Of a DNA stretch of 64,000 bases, positions 1-8,958 are shown piece after piece; the stretch's first letter is position 1; every line of letters begins with the position of its first letter. A program made the translations under genes and the position numbers. Source of the DNA: Rhodospirillales bacterium (lineage in GTDB: Bacteria > Pseudomonadota > Alphaproteobacteria > Micavibrionales > UBA1664); the NCBI GenBank assembly GCA_023898805.1, contig CP060260.1, forward strand, positions 849,656 through 913,655. The letters run 5' to 3'. The notes beneath the pieces were generated by a model. It was given only the letters and a program-made list of their open reading frames with translations. It had not been told where the DNA came from and made no database searches.

Positions 1-1095
1 CCCTAAACCGCCGATCATGCCGACCAATCCACCGACCGAGCCGACATGTTGCGGATAATAGACAGGGATGTGCTTGTAAACCGCTGCCTTGCCAAGAGAC
101 ATAAAAAAGCCGAGCACAAAAATAAGGGCAATAAAAGCCGGCAACGTCATGCGTAACGAGAACTCGACAGGGCCGCGTATTCCCTCAACAATATAATGCG
201 TAGAAGGATAGGAAAGCAGGAACGTACACAGAACTGACACGGCAAATGTCAGGTACATGACCGAACGCGCGCCATACTTGTCGGACAGCCAGCCGCCGAC
301 CACACGGAACAGACTTGCCGGAATGGAGTACGCAGCCGCGATCATGCCTGCTGTTTTGATATCAAGACCATACGCACCAACAAGATAGCGCGGCAACCAG
401 AGTGCTAGCGCGACAAAGGCACCAAATACAAAAAAGTAGTACAGTGAAAAACGCCAGACTTGGAGATTTTTAAGCGGCTCCATTTGAAGCCATGCGCCTT
501 TGGCTTTTATATTGTTCCTCCTGCGCTCAATCAGTGCAGGATCATCACTGGTGCCAAACCAAAAAACGATTGCCGTCACAACCAGCGCCGCTGCCCAGAC
601 ATTGGCAACCATTTCCCACCCGTAAGCCACCATGACGAAGGGCGCAATAAACTTTGTAACTGCCGCACCCACGTTTCCTGCCCCAAAAATTCCAAGTGCC
701 GTGCCTTGTTTTTTTGTTTCATAGAACTTCGAGACATAGGCGATACCGACAGCAAAAGAGCCGCCGGCAATACCAACGCCAAGGGCGGCCAGCAGGAATT
801 CCGGATAAGTGCCTGCAAATGTCAGAAGCCACGTGGCGACTGCCGCAGCCAACATGACAGCGACAAAAATGATCCGGCCACCATATTGATCCGTCCATAT
901 GCCAAGAAAGATGCGGATAAGAGAACCCGTTAAAATCGGGGTCCCCGCCAAAAGCCCGAACTGCGCATCGGACAATCCAAGATTTTCTTTGATCTTGAGG
1001 CCAATGATGGAAAAGATGGTCCAAACAGCAAAACAGACGGTAAAAGAAAAGGCACTGAACACAAGCGCTCTAAGCGATTGACTGTTTTGCTGCAT
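1..1095 (-). CDS. narK: Nitrate/nitrite transporter, NarK/NNP-family MFS (3' end runs off the window)
   Basis: My own reverse translation from the ATG (cat at 1093-1095) gives MQQNSQSLRALVFSAFSFTVCFAVWTIFSIIGLKIKENLGLSDAQ..., a multi-TM protein. It contains the NNP-type glycine motif LGIFGAGNVGAAV. It is absent from the ORF track because it is open at the window edge. Confidence 0.8.
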   Translation of the reverse strand, partial: MQQNSQSLRALVFSAFSFTVCFAVWTIFSIIGLKIKENLGLSDAQFGLLAGTPILTGSLIRIFLGIWTDQYGGRIIFVAVMLAAAVATWLLTFAGTYPEFLLAALGVGIAGGSFAVGIAYVSKFYETKKQGTALGIFGAGNVGAAVTKFIAPFVMVAYGWEMVANVWAAALVVTAIVFWFGTSDDPALIERRRNNIKAKGAWLQMEPLKNLQVWRFSLYYFFVFGAFVALALWLPRYLVGAYGLDIKTAGMIAAAYSIPASLFRVVGGWLSDKYGARSVMYLTFAVSVLCTFLLSYPSTHYIVEGIRGPVEFSLRMTLPAFIALIFVLGFFMSLGKAAVYKHIPVYYPQHVGSVGGLVGMIGGLG

Positions 1096-1162
1096 AAAAA
1101 TTCTCCGAAAAAATGATTCGCTAAATGCCCCTCTTTCCTGACACCTGTTAAATCGATACAGT

Positions 1163-1176
1163 TTGATTCAAATCAA
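1163..1176. promoter_or_regulatory. FNR/CRP-type box TTGATtcaaATCAA in the divergent narK-fnr intergenic region
   Basis: Perfect TTGAT-N4-ATCAA palindrome read directly. Its centre is about 74 nt upstream of the narK ATG and about 28 nt upstream of the regulator ATG. Confidence 0.7.
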
Positions 1177-1197
1177 GATGTTGGAAATTTTGTAAAA

Positions 1198-1977
1198 ATG
1201 CCTCTCAAGTCACCGAACATTGCCGCGACGCTCAGAATGCCAAAAACAGGTGGCCATTCCGGGTTGTTCGATGGCCTCAACGAAACGAGCCTCCAGATGG
1301 TGCTTGGAAATTCCGTCCTGCAAACATACGAAAGCGGGTGTACCATCTTCCAGCAGGGCGATATGCCAACGCATGTCTATGTCGTGATCGAGGGTACATT
1401 GCGCACACTACGCAACGGCGAGGACGGTGACGAAGCAACCATCCGCATGCTGCGCCCGGGCGAAACATGCATGGAGGCCGTCATCTTCATGGGGGGGCCA
1501 TCGCCCATATCCGTGCAAGCGATAGAGGATTCAAAAGTGCTGCTTGTCCCCGCAAGCTTTATAAAAAGCCACGCGCTGCGCGACGGGCAGTTTGCCACGA
1601 ACCTTCTGCAAATCGTGACACATCACTATAAAAACGCGATGCATCAGATTGACGCTATGCAGATCAAATCACCCCTCCAGCGCATCGGCTATTTCTTTTT
1701 AGAGAAGTTTCTTGAGGCAGGAAAACCGGATGGCCTGACCCTGCCATTCAAAAAAACCATCATCGCCAATTACCTCGGCATGACGCCGGAAACGTTCTCT
1801 CGCGCGCTCAACAAAATCCGCGACATCGGCGTTGATATCGATGGTGAAAAAATCCATCTCAGCGACGCCTTCGTACTCTGCCAGTTCTGCGATGCCGACA
1901 TGGCGCATCTTTGCCCGAGACACGAAACAGCCGAATGCCCCGTGTGCCCGCTACACACAAACCGTCACAAGGCGTAG
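1198..1977 (+). CDS. Crp/Fnr-family transcriptional regulator with a C-terminal cysteine cluster
   Basis: 259 aa with a cNMP-binding-like beta-roll (IFQQGDMPTHVYVVIEGTLR) and an HTH carrying the FNR-type E--SR recognition motif (PETFSRALNKI). The last 35 aa hold five Cys (CQFCDADMAHLCPRHETAECPVCP). There is no N-terminal Cys cluster. Confidence 0.85.
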   Translation: MPLKSPNIAATLRMPKTGGHSGLFDGLNETSLQMVLGNSVLQTYESGCTIFQQGDMPTHVYVVIEGTLRTLRNGEDGDEATIRMLRPGETCMEAVIFMGGPSPISVQAIEDSKVLLVPASFIKSHALRDGQFATNLLQIVTHHYKNAMHQIDAMQIKSPLQRIGYFFLEKFLEAGKPDGLTLPFKKTIIANYLGMTPETFSRALNKIRDIGVDIDGEKIHLSDAFVLCQFCDADMAHLCPRHETAECPVCPLHTNRHKA

Positions 1978-3197
1978 GTTTCGATCACGGAACCAGCTTC
2001 AAGGCTTTTGAGCTCTTCGGGAATAACGGCCCATGCATTCATTTTCAGAAACGGACTGACCTTGAAAGATTCCTGACCATCAAGTAACGTCACGCGTTGT
2101 TGCCCATTAACATCGGCAGAAACATGCGCCTTCAAAAAATGACGTAAATCATTTTTCTTCCGAAACGACGCATCAAGCACGGCACAAGCCTTACCTTCAT
2201 CAACAACACCAAGACATGCATCTAAAAATGGCTGCACGAAAAACCGTAACCCCACAGCCGCTGATGTCGGATTCCCGGGCAATCCAAAATAAAGAGTGCC
2301 GTTTGGAAATTGCGCGAACAATACAGGCTTGCCAGGCTTGATAGCCACCTTGTGAAAAAGGATTTTTGCGCCCATGTCTTCCAGTGCCTTTTTCACAAAA
2401 TCAAAATCACCTGCCGAAACAGCTCCGCTTGAAATGATGATTTCACAACCCGCATCCAGCGCACTGGATACCGTGCGCGAATACAGCGCGGGATCGTCCC
2501 CAATGGCATGGAAGGAAACGCAATCAAGCCCCATATCCGCAAGCTTGCAAAGCGCATAAGGCAAATTGGAGTTATAGATTTTTCCTGCCTCCAGCGCACC
2601 GGAACCAGCTTCTTGCAACTCCCGCCCCGTGGCTATGAAACAAACCTTTGGCTTTTCATTTACCAAAACCTTGCCGCAACCCACAGCCGCCAATGCCATC
2701 ACATGCTCTGGCGTAAGCTTCGTACCTTTTCGGACAACGACATCACCCGCCTTGAAATCCTGCCCTCGGCGACGGATATGATCTCCCACCTTCGGTGCTT
2801 GCTGGAACGTGACGTTATTGCCGTTTCTTGCCGCCTGTTCGACAGGAACAACCGCCTCCGCCCAATCAGGGAGCATCGCTCCCGTCATGATGGCCATACA
2901 TGTCTTACTCTGAAGAAGCTGCTTTTGCGACGCATCCCCGGCCGCGATGGTTTGCGCTACATCTAAAGTAACCGGCAGCCCCTCAAAATCTGCCATTCGT
3001 ACGGCAAAACCATCCATCGCACTGTTGTCAAAAGGCTGGATATCGACACCCGCTCTCACATCTTCGGCCAGGACACGACCGCAAGCCCCGATAATGGGCA
3101 CGTCACAGCTCGACAATGGTTTGGCTGATTTTTTAAGTATTTCAAGGGCTTCAAGATAGGAAATCATCGGAACATCTTTTTTAAGAACATAAGGCAA
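1965..3197 (-). CDS. moeA: Molybdopterin molybdenumtransferase MoeA
   Basis: 410 aa with MoeA-like domain order, including DNSAMDGFAV and a GLPGNPTSA-type motif. The track start at 3197 is TTG, and ATG at 3167 (MISYLEALEIL) is an alternative start. Confidence 0.85.
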   Translation of the reverse strand: MPYVLKKDVPMISYLEALEILKKSAKPLSSCDVPIIGACGRVLAEDVRAGVDIQPFDNSAMDGFAVRMADFEGLPVTLDVAQTIAAGDASQKQLLQSKTCMAIMTGAMLPDWAEAVVPVEQAARNGNNVTFQQAPKVGDHIRRRGQDFKAGDVVVRKGTKLTPEHVMALAAVGCGKVLVNEKPKVCFIATGRELQEAGSGALEAGKIYNSNLPYALCKLADMGLDCVSFHAIGDDPALYSRTVSSALDAGCEIIISSGAVSAGDFDFVKKALEDMGAKILFHKVAIKPGKPVLFAQFPNGTLYFGLPGNPTSAAVGLRFFVQPFLDACLGVVDEGKACAVLDASFRKKNDLRHFLKAHVSADVNGQQRVTLLDGQESFKVSPFLKMNAWAVIPEELKSLEAGSVIETYAL

Positions 3198-3226
3198 GCC
3201 TTATCACGATAACTTTTTCAGCTCTA

Positions 3227-3240
3227 TTGATCTGAATCAA
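3227..3240. promoter_or_regulatory. FNR/CRP-type box TTGATctgaATCAA between moeA and the porin gene
   Basis: Perfect TTGAT-N4-ATCAA palindrome read directly, centred about 70 nt upstream of the porin ATG. Confidence 0.7.
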
Positions 3241-3302
3241 TTTGAGGGATGCCTTTACCGAGGAAACTCCCCCCAGGTTAATTCAGAGCAAAGGCATATT
3301 TC

Positions 3303-4523
3303 ATGAAAAATAAAATTCTTCTTCTAACCGCAGCTTTCTTAGCCATACCGTCCACACTGCACGCCGAAGATGCAAAAACAGGCATCACCCCTTTCGGGCA
3401 AGTACGCCTTCGCTATGAGAACGTCGATCAGGACGGACTGACCAAAGACGCGGACGCCCTGACAGCCCGCATCAACGCAGGCCTCAAAACCGATAAGATC
3501 CATGACTTTCAGGGTCTGGTTGAGCTACAGGCTATTCAACACCTCTCTCAGGACAACTTTAACGACGGCGTCAACGGCAAAGCCACATACCCCACGGTAT
3601 CCGACCCGCAGAACGCCGAAATCAACCAGCTCTGGCTCGCATGGTCTGGCCTCCCAGGCGTTGAAGCTAAAGTAGGCCGTCAGGCCGTCAACTGGGATAA
3701 CCAGCGCTTTGTAGGCTCCGTTGATTGGCGCCAGAATGACCAGACGCTGGACTCCGCCCTGCTGTCTTATACGGGGATCGAAAAACTGACCCTGCAATAC
3801 GGCTATCTCTGGAACATCAACCGCATCACGGGCGGTGACCACACATTGGGCGACATTGAATCAAACAGCCACATCGCCCGCGCCAGCTACGCTCTTGCCC
3901 CGTGGCTCACGGCAACCGCCTACGGCCTATCTCTTGACTTCGACAACTGGGCTACAAAATCATCCCGCACCTATGGCCTGCGTTTGACCGGCGATGTGCC
4001 CGTCACGGAAGGCTGGACTGGTTTTTACGAACTCGAAGCCGCAAAACAGAACGATGCGCACAACAACACCGCCAATTATAGCGAAGGGTACTTCCTCGTA
4101 TCCCCGGGCATCAAAGGTTATGGCCTGAATATCCAGCCGGGCTACGAGAAACTGGGCGGTAACGGCACGTCATCCTTCCAGACACCGCTGGCCACACTGC
4201 ACAAATTCAACGGCTGGGCCGATAAATTTCTGGATACACCCGCAAACGGTCTTGAAGACACGTTTATAAACGTATCCTACACCCTGCCTGAAAGCGTAGC
4301 ACCGCTAAACGGTATTGTCCTAAGCGCCGCATGGCATGACTATAATGCCGACCGCACGAGCACGGATTACGGCACGGAAGCCGATTTCTCGGTAAAAAAA
4401 TCCTTCAAAGGGCCTGATTATACCAAAGGGATCGACGTGATACTCAAGTACGCCGACTACAACGCCGATGGCCTGTACACCGACACGCAAAAAGCGTGGG
4501 CACAGGTCGATGTCAAATTCTAG
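3303..4523 (+). CDS. Outer-membrane beta-barrel porin (alginate-export/OprO-like putative anion porin)
   Basis: 406 aa with a signal peptide (MKNKILLLTAAFLAIPSTLHA). It shows alternating beta-strand patterning rich in Y/G/N/D and a C-terminal aromatic residue (VDVKF). The family-level call is tentative. Confidence 0.65.
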   Translation: MKNKILLLTAAFLAIPSTLHAEDAKTGITPFGQVRLRYENVDQDGLTKDADALTARINAGLKTDKIHDFQGLVELQAIQHLSQDNFNDGVNGKATYPTVSDPQNAEINQLWLAWSGLPGVEAKVGRQAVNWDNQRFVGSVDWRQNDQTLDSALLSYTGIEKLTLQYGYLWNINRITGGDHTLGDIESNSHIARASYALAPWLTATAYGLSLDFDNWATKSSRTYGLRLTGDVPVTEGWTGFYELEAAKQNDAHNNTANYSEGYFLVSPGIKGYGLNIQPGYEKLGGNGTSSFQTPLATLHKFNGWADKFLDTPANGLEDTFINVSYTLPESVAPLNGIVLSAAWHDYNADRTSTDYGTEADFSVKKSFKGPDYTKGIDVILKYADYNADGLYTDTQKAWAQVDVKF

Positions 4524-4532
4524 GAGGACGAC

Positions 4533-4709
4533 ATGACCCAGAACGCAAAAAAAGATGAACCACAAAACCCTATGGCCATCTGGTGGAAAACTCTGGAGCA
4601 AACACAACAGATGATGCAAGACAACACGCGCAAGACGATGCTGCAAATCCTCGAAAACCAGAAGCGCATGGCCATGCTCTATTTCGGATCATCACAAAAA
4701 GAAGACTAA
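4533..4709 (+). CDS. Small hypothetical protein (58 aa), below the ORF-track length cutoff
   Basis: An AGGAGG Shine-Dalgarno (4522-4527) lies 5 nt before the ATG. The translation is MTQNAKKDEPQNPMAIWWKTLEQTQQMMQDNTRKTMLQILENQKRMAMLYFGSSQKED. A strong terminator follows directly. Confidence 0.45.
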   Translation: MTQNAKKDEPQNPMAIWWKTLEQTQQMMQDNTRKTMLQILENQKRMAMLYFGSSQKED

Positions 4710-4724
4710 AAGGGATTGATATCG

Positions 4725-4754
4725 AAAAGCCCCTCGTATGAGGGGCTTTTTTTG
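4725..4754 (+). terminator. Rho-independent terminator after the porin/small-ORF unit
   Basis: aaaagcccctc-gtat-gaggggctttt forms an 11-bp stem followed by a T-run. Confidence 0.8.
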
Positions 4755-4764
4755 TTGGCATTTT

Positions 4765-4778
4765 TTGACCCACATCAA
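4765..4778. promoter_or_regulatory. FNR-like box TTGACccacATCAA upstream of nrdD
   Basis: One mismatch to TTGAT-N4-ATCAA. It lies about 120 nt upstream of the nrdD ATG. Confidence 0.55.
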
Positions 4779-4784
4779 AAATAA

Positions 4785-4832
4785 ACACAATATCTAGTGC
4801 AGCATTACAAGTGTCACCACATCATCTTGTGG
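4785..4832. promoter_or_regulatory. Tandem NrdR boxes upstream of nrdDG
   Basis: Box 1, acacaatatctagtgc (4785-4800), matches the published NrdR consensus acaCwAtATaTwGtgt at 14 of 16 positions. Box 2, ccacatcatcttgtgg (4817-4832), matches at 11 of 16. The centres are 32 bp apart. Confidence 0.6.
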
Positions 4833-4892
4833 TTTCTTGCGGGTTTCCCCTCAACAAAAAAAACCAGTGTTTTCAAAAGATTGGAGCATTCC

Positions 4893-6878
4893 ATGCCTAC
4901 CGTACCGTCCGCCCTTCGCAAAGAATCATCCCCTGATAACCTCGCCACGCTCTTCACCGGCACCAAGGTGGATAGCAGCGCGGCCGTAGGCGAATACATC
5001 ACAGGAACGGACTGGCGAATCAACGCGAACGCCAACACGGGTTATTCCAACGCAGGCATGATCAACAACGTGGCAGGCAAGGTGATTGCCAATTTCTGGC
5101 TCGACTCGGTTTACAGCGCGGAAGAAGGTCTCGCCCACCGGCAGGCCGATATCCACATCCACGATCTCGATTGCCTGACGGGGTATTGCGCAGGTTGGTC
5201 ACTCCGCGCCCTTCTCAATGAAGGTTTCAATGGCGTAGGCGGGCGCGTGTCTTCCCGCCCGCCCCGCCATTTCCGCGAGGCGCTCGGGCAGATGAGCAAC
5301 TTTTTAGGCATCCTGCAATCCGAATGGGCAGGGGCGCAGGCATTCTCAAGCTTCGATACCTATCTCGCGCCTTACGTATTTCTGGATAACCTGTCTTTCA
5401 AGGATGTCAAAAAGGCCATCCGCCAGTTTGTTTACAATCTCAACGTGCCCGCGCGCTGGGGACAGTCGCCGTTTACGAACATCACGCTTGATATCACGGT
5501 GCCGGAGGATCTTCAAAACCAGTTCCCCGGCTGCCGAGACCAGCATTTGTTCAAAGGTATCAACAACACCGAAATGCTGGGCCGCGCACAATCGCGCGAC
5601 ATGGGCATCCGCTCCCTTGAAGATCTATGCTTCAAACATTTTGCGCCCGAGATGGAGATGATCAACATCGCCTACTACGAAGTGATGACGGAAGGGGATT
5701 CGACCGGCCAGCCCTTCACCTTTCCCATCCCGACCGTCAACATCACCGAGGATTTTAACTGGGATAGCAAGGTCGCCCAAGCCATTTTTGAAAACACGGC
5801 CAAAGTCGGCTCATCTTACTTCCAGAATTTTGTTGGCAGCCAATGGATGCGCAACGAAAAGGGCGAACGCGTCCGCAACCCCGAGGCATATTCCCCGGGT
5901 GCCGTGCGTTCCATGTGCTGCCGCCTTCAGCTTGATTTGCGCGAACTTTTGCGCCGTGGCAACGGGCTGTTTGGCTCCGCCGAAATGACAGGCTCACTCG
6001 GCGTTGTCACCATCAACATGGCAAGGCTTGGCCACCGTTTCAAAGGTGACAGGGAAGGCATGATGCGCGAGCTCGACAGGCTCATGGATATCTCGCGCTC
6101 CACGCTGGAAAAGAAACGCGGCTTCGTGCAAACCATGTACGATCGCGGCCTTTACCCCTACACCGCACGTTATTTGCCGTTCCTGCGCAACCACTTCAGC
6201 ACAATCGGCATCAACGGTATGAACGAAATGATCCGCAATTTCACAGGCGACGCTTACGACATCACCGATGATAGAGGCATTGATTTCGCGCTCGCCATTC
6301 TCGACCACATGCGCAATAAAATGCGTCAGTATCAGGAAGAAACAGGCAATCTCTACAACCTTGAGGCCACACCGGCGGAAGGCACGACTTACCGTTTTGC
6401 GAAGGAAGATAAAAGGCGTTTTCCTGACATCCTCCAGTCCGGCTCGGGCGAGAATATCTATTACACAAACTCGTCACAAATCCCCGTCGATCATACGGAT
6501 GACCCGTTCGAGGCGCTGGAGCTGCAAAACAAACTGCAATGCAAATATACGGGCGGCACGGTTCTGCATTTATATATGAGCGAAAAACTCTCCTGCGCAG
6601 ATGCCTGCCGTAGTTTTGTCAAAAAAGTCATTGAAAATTATCAGCTTCCATACATCACGGTCACACCGGTATTTTCGACCTGCGAAACACACGGCTACCT
6701 CAAGGGTGAACAACCTGAATGCCCGCACTGCCAGAAAAAGACCAATGTCTGGACGCGCGTCATGGGGTATTTCCGTCCCGTGGCCAGCTTCAACACCGGC
6801 AAAAAAGGCGAGCACGCCCAACGTAAACATTTCTGCGAGGATCGCATCCAATCCGCCGACCTGTTTTCGATGCAATGA
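4893..6878 (+). CDS. nrdD: Anaerobic ribonucleoside-triphosphate reductase (class III)
   Basis: The C-terminus has a Cys cluster (...CETHGYLKGEQPECPHC...) and the glycyl-radical motif TRVMGYFRPV. The start was moved to ATG 4893, which has GGAG 6 nt upstream. The track start at 4797 would overlap the NrdR boxes. Confidence 0.9.
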   Translation: MPTVPSALRKESSPDNLATLFTGTKVDSSAAVGEYITGTDWRINANANTGYSNAGMINNVAGKVIANFWLDSVYSAEEGLAHRQADIHIHDLDCLTGYCAGWSLRALLNEGFNGVGGRVSSRPPRHFREALGQMSNFLGILQSEWAGAQAFSSFDTYLAPYVFLDNLSFKDVKKAIRQFVYNLNVPARWGQSPFTNITLDITVPEDLQNQFPGCRDQHLFKGINNTEMLGRAQSRDMGIRSLEDLCFKHFAPEMEMINIAYYEVMTEGDSTGQPFTFPIPTVNITEDFNWDSKVAQAIFENTAKVGSSYFQNFVGSQWMRNEKGERVRNPEAYSPGAVRSMCCRLQLDLRELLRRGNGLFGSAEMTGSLGVVTINMARLGHRFKGDREGMMRELDRLMDISRSTLEKKRGFVQTMYDRGLYPYTARYLPFLRNHFSTIGINGMNEMIRNFTGDAYDITDDRGIDFALAILDHMRNKMRQYQEETGNLYNLEATPAEGTTYRFAKEDKRRFPDILQSGSGENIYYTNSSQIPVDHTDDPFEALELQNKLQCKYTGGTVLHLYMSEKLSCADACRSFVKKVIENYQLPYITVTPVFSTCETHGYLKGEQPECPHCQKKTNVWTRVMGYFRPVASFNTGKKGEHAQRKHFCEDRIQSADLFSMQ

Positions 6879-7591
6879 GCACGGTTCTACGCCATAAACC
6901 ACAAGGCATTACGTTGCCCGTTTACAACGTAACGCCATTTACCATGCTGGATTACCCTGGCAAAACCGCCTGCATTATTTGGTTTTCCGGTTGCAACATG
7001 CGCTGCCCGTATTGCCACAATCCGCAAATCGTCAAAGGCAAAGGCCGCGGTGATATTGCACAGGTCATGGATTTTTTAAGGCGGCGTCAGGGCCTTCTTG
7101 ATGGCGTTGTGCTCTCGGGCGGTGAATGTACGCTTTATCCTGACATGCCCGCGCTTGTGCGCGATATCAAGGCACTGGGCTACGCCGTCAAAATCGATAC
7201 CAACGGCACGCGCCCCGATGTGCTCCTGCCTTTATTGGATGCGAAGCTAATTGATTACATCGCGCTTGATTACAAAGCTCCACGTGCAAAATTCCATGCC
7301 ACAACGGGCATGAACCAGTTTGAGGTATTCTCAAAAACGCTTTCTTATCTCTGCCACGACGGTGTACCTTTTGAAGTCCGCACAACTATCCACTCTGATT
7401 TCCTGAACGAGAGTGACATCAACGCAATCATGGATGACCTCGCGGCACGCAAGTACCACGGTACCTACTATATCCAGAATTTCACTGGCACGGGCAGTCC
7501 CACATTAGCACCGCTTACAGCCCACAAACCGCTAGACTGGTCGGTCATCCATCCTAGAAACACCTTCAAACTGGAATTCAGAAATTTTTAG
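6875..7591 (+). CDS. nrdG: Anaerobic RNR activating protein (radical SAM)
   Basis: Carries the CNMRCPYCHN radical-SAM motif. Its ATG overlaps the nrdD stop (ATGA). Confidence 0.9.
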   Translation: MSTVLRHKPQGITLPVYNVTPFTMLDYPGKTACIIWFSGCNMRCPYCHNPQIVKGKGRGDIAQVMDFLRRRQGLLDGVVLSGGECTLYPDMPALVRDIKALGYAVKIDTNGTRPDVLLPLLDAKLIDYIALDYKAPRAKFHATTGMNQFEVFSKTLSYLCHDGVPFEVRTTIHSDFLNESDINAIMDDLAARKYHGTYYIQNFTGTGSPTLAPLTAHKPLDWSVIHPRNTFKLEFRNF

Positions 7592-7778
7592 CCTGCCCAG
7601 TTAACGTTTTCAGGATGGTCTTCGGCTCAAGATCAACAATATCGGCGATTTCCATCAGCTCTATAACGTCCAGGCGGCGTTCGCCGCCCTCCACTTTCGC
7701 CACAAAAGATTGAGGTTTGCCGATTCTTACAGCCAGTTCTTGCTGGGTCATCCAAGGTGAGGCAAAGGCTAGCGCCAT
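7578..7778 (-). pseudogene. XRE-family HTH regulator fragment (N-terminal helix missing)
   Basis: TQQELAVRIGKPQSFVAKVEGGERRLDVIELMEIADIV is the helix 2-5 part of an XRE HTH. Only about 9 unrelated codons precede it. It overlaps the recombinase remnant in antisense. Confidence 0.5.
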
Positions 7779-8796
7779 GCTTCAGGCCTGCATCCTGCGC
7801 AAAATGGCACGAGAAGGCGATGCCGAAATCCAAGACCTCGCCCCGCAGGATCAGGAAATCCTGGCGGAGTTTTTGAGCAAGATTTTAACCTACAAAGATG
7901 GCCGGACGGTTGGCGGTAAATCATTTTCGCGGGGTGCCTTGTACGCACTACTCTCAAACCCGATATATATCGGGCAGATCCGGCATAAGAACAAAACTTA
8001 TGATGGGCAGCACGAAGGCATTATTCCTCAGGATCTGTGGGCGGCAGTGCAGCAAAAGCTGAATGAACAGGCATCGATTTATAAAGGGCAGAAAATCTCC
8101 AGAGAGGTCAATTTACTCAAAGGCATTCTGTTCGATGCGCAAGGAACTCCTTATACGCCCGGATACACCGCCAAAGGCAAAAAGCAATACCGGTATTATG
8201 TCAGCCAGAATCTGATCCAGATGCGGGATCACCCGGATGGTTTACTGGGGAGACTTCCAGCACATGAAATTGAAGCAACAGTTGAAAGTGTCTTGCGGCA
8301 CAGTTTATGCAGCCGGTCCGGTGTCGTGGAATTGCTGGGGATCTGTCTGGATCGTGATATTGAAAGCGTTCAGAAGATTGTTGAAGGGCAAGCACTGCTC
8401 CAGATGCCTCGCTTTGTTCAAGGAATTACCCAGCGTATTACCGTTCAAGCCGAGAGCCTTGAGATCGAGGTGAATGTTCAAGAACTCTGCGCCGCACTTT
8501 CTCAAACCACCGAAACAAAAATCAGCTCACCAAAAGAAACCGCCCTTATCGTTGGCGCCTACAATACGCGGCGGGCTAAGAAGGGCGCACTCGTCATAGA
8601 ACCGGAAAAGCCTGATCGGGATATTTTTGATCTGCCGCCTGACCAGATTAAGAAACTGGTGCAGGGATTTATCTGGCGGGATGAGCATTTCCAAGGTCTT
8701 ACCATACGACAAATCGCCGAACGTGAAGGTCTCTCAGACTCTCATGTCGGCAAGCAGATCTTCGCCACATTCGAACTTGGCCAAATGGCCGCCTGA
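7717..8796 (+). pseudogene. Large serine recombinase remnant lacking the N-terminal resolvase catalytic domain
   Basis: The recombinase domain is present (GGKSFSRGALYALLSNPIYIGQIRHKNKTYDGQHEGIIPQDLW, LLKGILFDAQGTPYTPGYTAKGKKQYRYYVSQ). No Ser-containing resolvase domain lies upstream. It sits next to the tRNA 3' end. Confidence 0.65.
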
Positions 8797-8958
8797 TAAA
8801 TCCGTCGAACAGAAAATTGGCTATCAGAGAAAACCGAGGAGAATGCCCCGGTTTTTTTAATTCTCAGTGCTCGGCAGAAGCTAAGCCGCTCGAAAAGAGC
8901 GCGGAACTGCGGGATATTTGGGGAGTATTTCTCACCGTTCGGCAAACCGGTGACTAGA

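Larger units (their letters stand above)
1..8958. mobile_element. Lower-GC genomic island (left end off-window) abutting the tRNA-Gln 3' end, likely a degraded integrative element
   Basis: Hand counts give about 50-58% GC here against up to 80% in lines just right of the tRNA. A recombinase remnant sits next to the tRNA. The cargo genes are functionally coherent (anaerobic functions). Confidence 0.6.

Noticed and set aside
460-1081. Plus-strand ORFs 460-933 and 899-1081, and minus-strand ORFs 576-818 and 719-1024
   Set aside because: All lie inside or opposite the NarK coding frame, which reads as a continuous MFS transporter from 1095 to the window edge.
4797-4892. N-terminal 32-codon extension of nrdD in the ORF track
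   Set aside because: The extension would translate through the NrdR boxes and has no SD. ATG 4893 has GGAG 6 nt upstream, and NrdD-like sequence starts there.
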